Shown here: piece by piece, positions 62,516 through 64,000 of the stretch
Numbering within the stretch: position 1 is the first letter of the stretch
Layout: every line of letters begins with the position of its first letter
Assembly: GCF_030028105.1 (NCBI RefSeq)
Contig: NC_092370.1
Span: 171,254,647-171,318,646 of the forward strand
Reading direction: 5' to 3'
DNA length: 64,000 nucleotides
DNA from: Mobula birostris
Lineage: Eukaryota
The notes under the pieces: model-generated
The model's input: the letters and a program-made list of their open reading frames with translations, nothing else
What the model was told of the DNA's origin: nothing
Database searches by the model: none
Translations under genes and position numbers: made by a program

Positions 62516-63142
62516 GCATACTATATGATCTCACCTGTGTAACAAAGTTCTTATCTACTGAGGAAAACAATGTTTGGTGTCGAGACGTAAAACCCAGCAA
62601 AAAAAACTTATAATATATCAGGCAGCCTTTGTCTATGTGATTCTGAGACTTGGAATAAGGGGTTGAAAGACCTGACTTACAGAAATTCAACTTTACACAT
62701 AATCTCCCTGACTCAACTCTCAGGTACTCTATTCGAATCTCCTCAAACTGGTAATTTGGTTTATTATTGTCATATGTTATGAGGTACAGTGGAGAAACTG
62801 TTTTGCATGCCTTCTATACAGATAATTTCATCACATAAGTGTATTGAAGTAGTACAAAAAATAATAGAAAGGAGAATGTAATATTACAGTTACAGAGAGT
62901 ACATTGTAGACAGACAACAATGTGCAAGTAGATTGTATTGTTAAAGGTCCTTCTTAACATACAACAGGTACGTTGCATGTTCTTATAACTGCAGGATAGA
63001 AGCTGTCTTTGAGTCTAAGTGGTATGTGATTTTAAGCTCTTCTGGCTTCTGCCAGATGGGAGTGGGGAGAAGAGAGAGTGTTCAGGGGGGATGGATTGTC
63101 ATGTTGGCTGCTTTACTAAGGCATACTCCATGGAGGGGAGGT

Positions 63143-63382
63143 TGTCAGGGATTGCAGAGTAGGCTTGACCCAAAAGCAGAGCAGTGGAAATTATTTCGGA
63201 GTAAATGATTCTTTATTAATAAACTCCAAGACGACAAGCCACGAGGGGCTACAAAACAAAGGAGAATAGATAAGCAACAGGCGACAAGGTAATTGAAAGC
63301 TAGGAGCAACTGGTTGAGGCTGGCTGGTTCAATGGATGAACATGGACTGTGGATGAGAGCTGGGTTTAAATAGGCTGCAGAT
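63143..63382 (-). mobile_element. Truncated LTR related to 5360-5696
   Basis: Shares tgtcaggga, acccaaa.gca.agcagtgga, tgaggctggctggttc and tgtggatgagagctg.gtttaaatag. Confidence 0.75.
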
Positions 63383-63383
63383 T

Positions 63384-63990
63384 GTCGCGATGCATCTCCA
63401 CTCTGCCACCCAAGGTAAAGATTTTACATTATCATTTAGGGAGAAACAATTTGTTTCTGACTTACAGAAAGATGAGTTTGTGGACAGATCTCAGGAACGC
63501 CACCTGGGGATGCCCTGTACATATCAAGATACTGGAGAAACATCACCAACCATGTCTCTACAAAATCCTTCTTGTTCACTGACAGGATGAGCAAACCCAA
63601 TGTCAGTCTCCTCTCCCACATCAACATCCTCAGCCTGGATGGTCTAATTATATTCAGTTAGCTCCATTGGATAGGTTACTTTTTTGCATGCCTCACATTC
63701 ACTCCAAAAGCAAACGCTATATTCTGAGCTCTATCATGGGACAAGATCAGCAAATGTTCAGAGGAAAAGATTCAACAATGTCTTTCAAATCTCCTTGAAA
63801 ACAAATTGCAACCTTCCCACTGACACTTAGGAATCTGTGGTCTGTGACCTTTCAAAATCTAGCAGCAGCTGAACAGGATGACTGTGAAAACCTTGAGTCC
63901 AGGCATTGGCAGCACATGGAAGCTTAATATTAAAGAAGAATAAAAGTGCAGCATGTCGCAAACCATCAACCTTCCCACCCCATCTGGGGT
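63384..63990 (+). mobile_element. Decayed RTE-like LINE 3' fragment
   Basis: LEKHHQPCLYKIL, LHWIG and LYSEL-type motifs. Confidence 0.55.
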
Positions 63991-64000
63991 AGAGTTTGTG

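Overview
Repeat-dense vertebrate genomic DNA; the repeat repertoire suggests a cartilaginous fish (ray/shark), which is an inference. Three host genes are supported. TMEM187 has a single coding exon (+, 13808-14605). Two tandem three-exon type-I acyl-CoA thioesterase (ACOT/BAAT family) genes lie on the minus strand: gene A (exons 31613-31049, 24809-24607, 20733-20167) and gene B (exons 58965-58428, 44535-44333, 40586-39993), each 444 aa with an intact Ser-Asp-His triad. The rest is mostly decayed mobile DNA: Tc1, hAT MITEs, CR1, Rex/Babar, RTE, L1, Gypsy LTRs and Penelope-like elements (PLEs). Four observations stand out. (1) The commonest short repeat carries a minimal type-I hammerhead ribozyme (CUGAnGA-stem II-GAAAC-GUC); it has one perfect copy and about ten decayed ones, and recurs as back-to-back inverted pairs and short TSD-flanked units. 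(2) The two ACOT paralogues appear to have split organelle targeting, with a possible fossil PTS1 tail behind gene A's stop codons. (3) A ~1 kb inverted duplication links 337-1338 to 56754-58002 and is bracketed by RTE tails. (4) A nested hAT insertion is confirmed by an empty site elsewhere in the window. All alignments were done by eye; repeat boundaries without a stated TSD or TIR are approximate.
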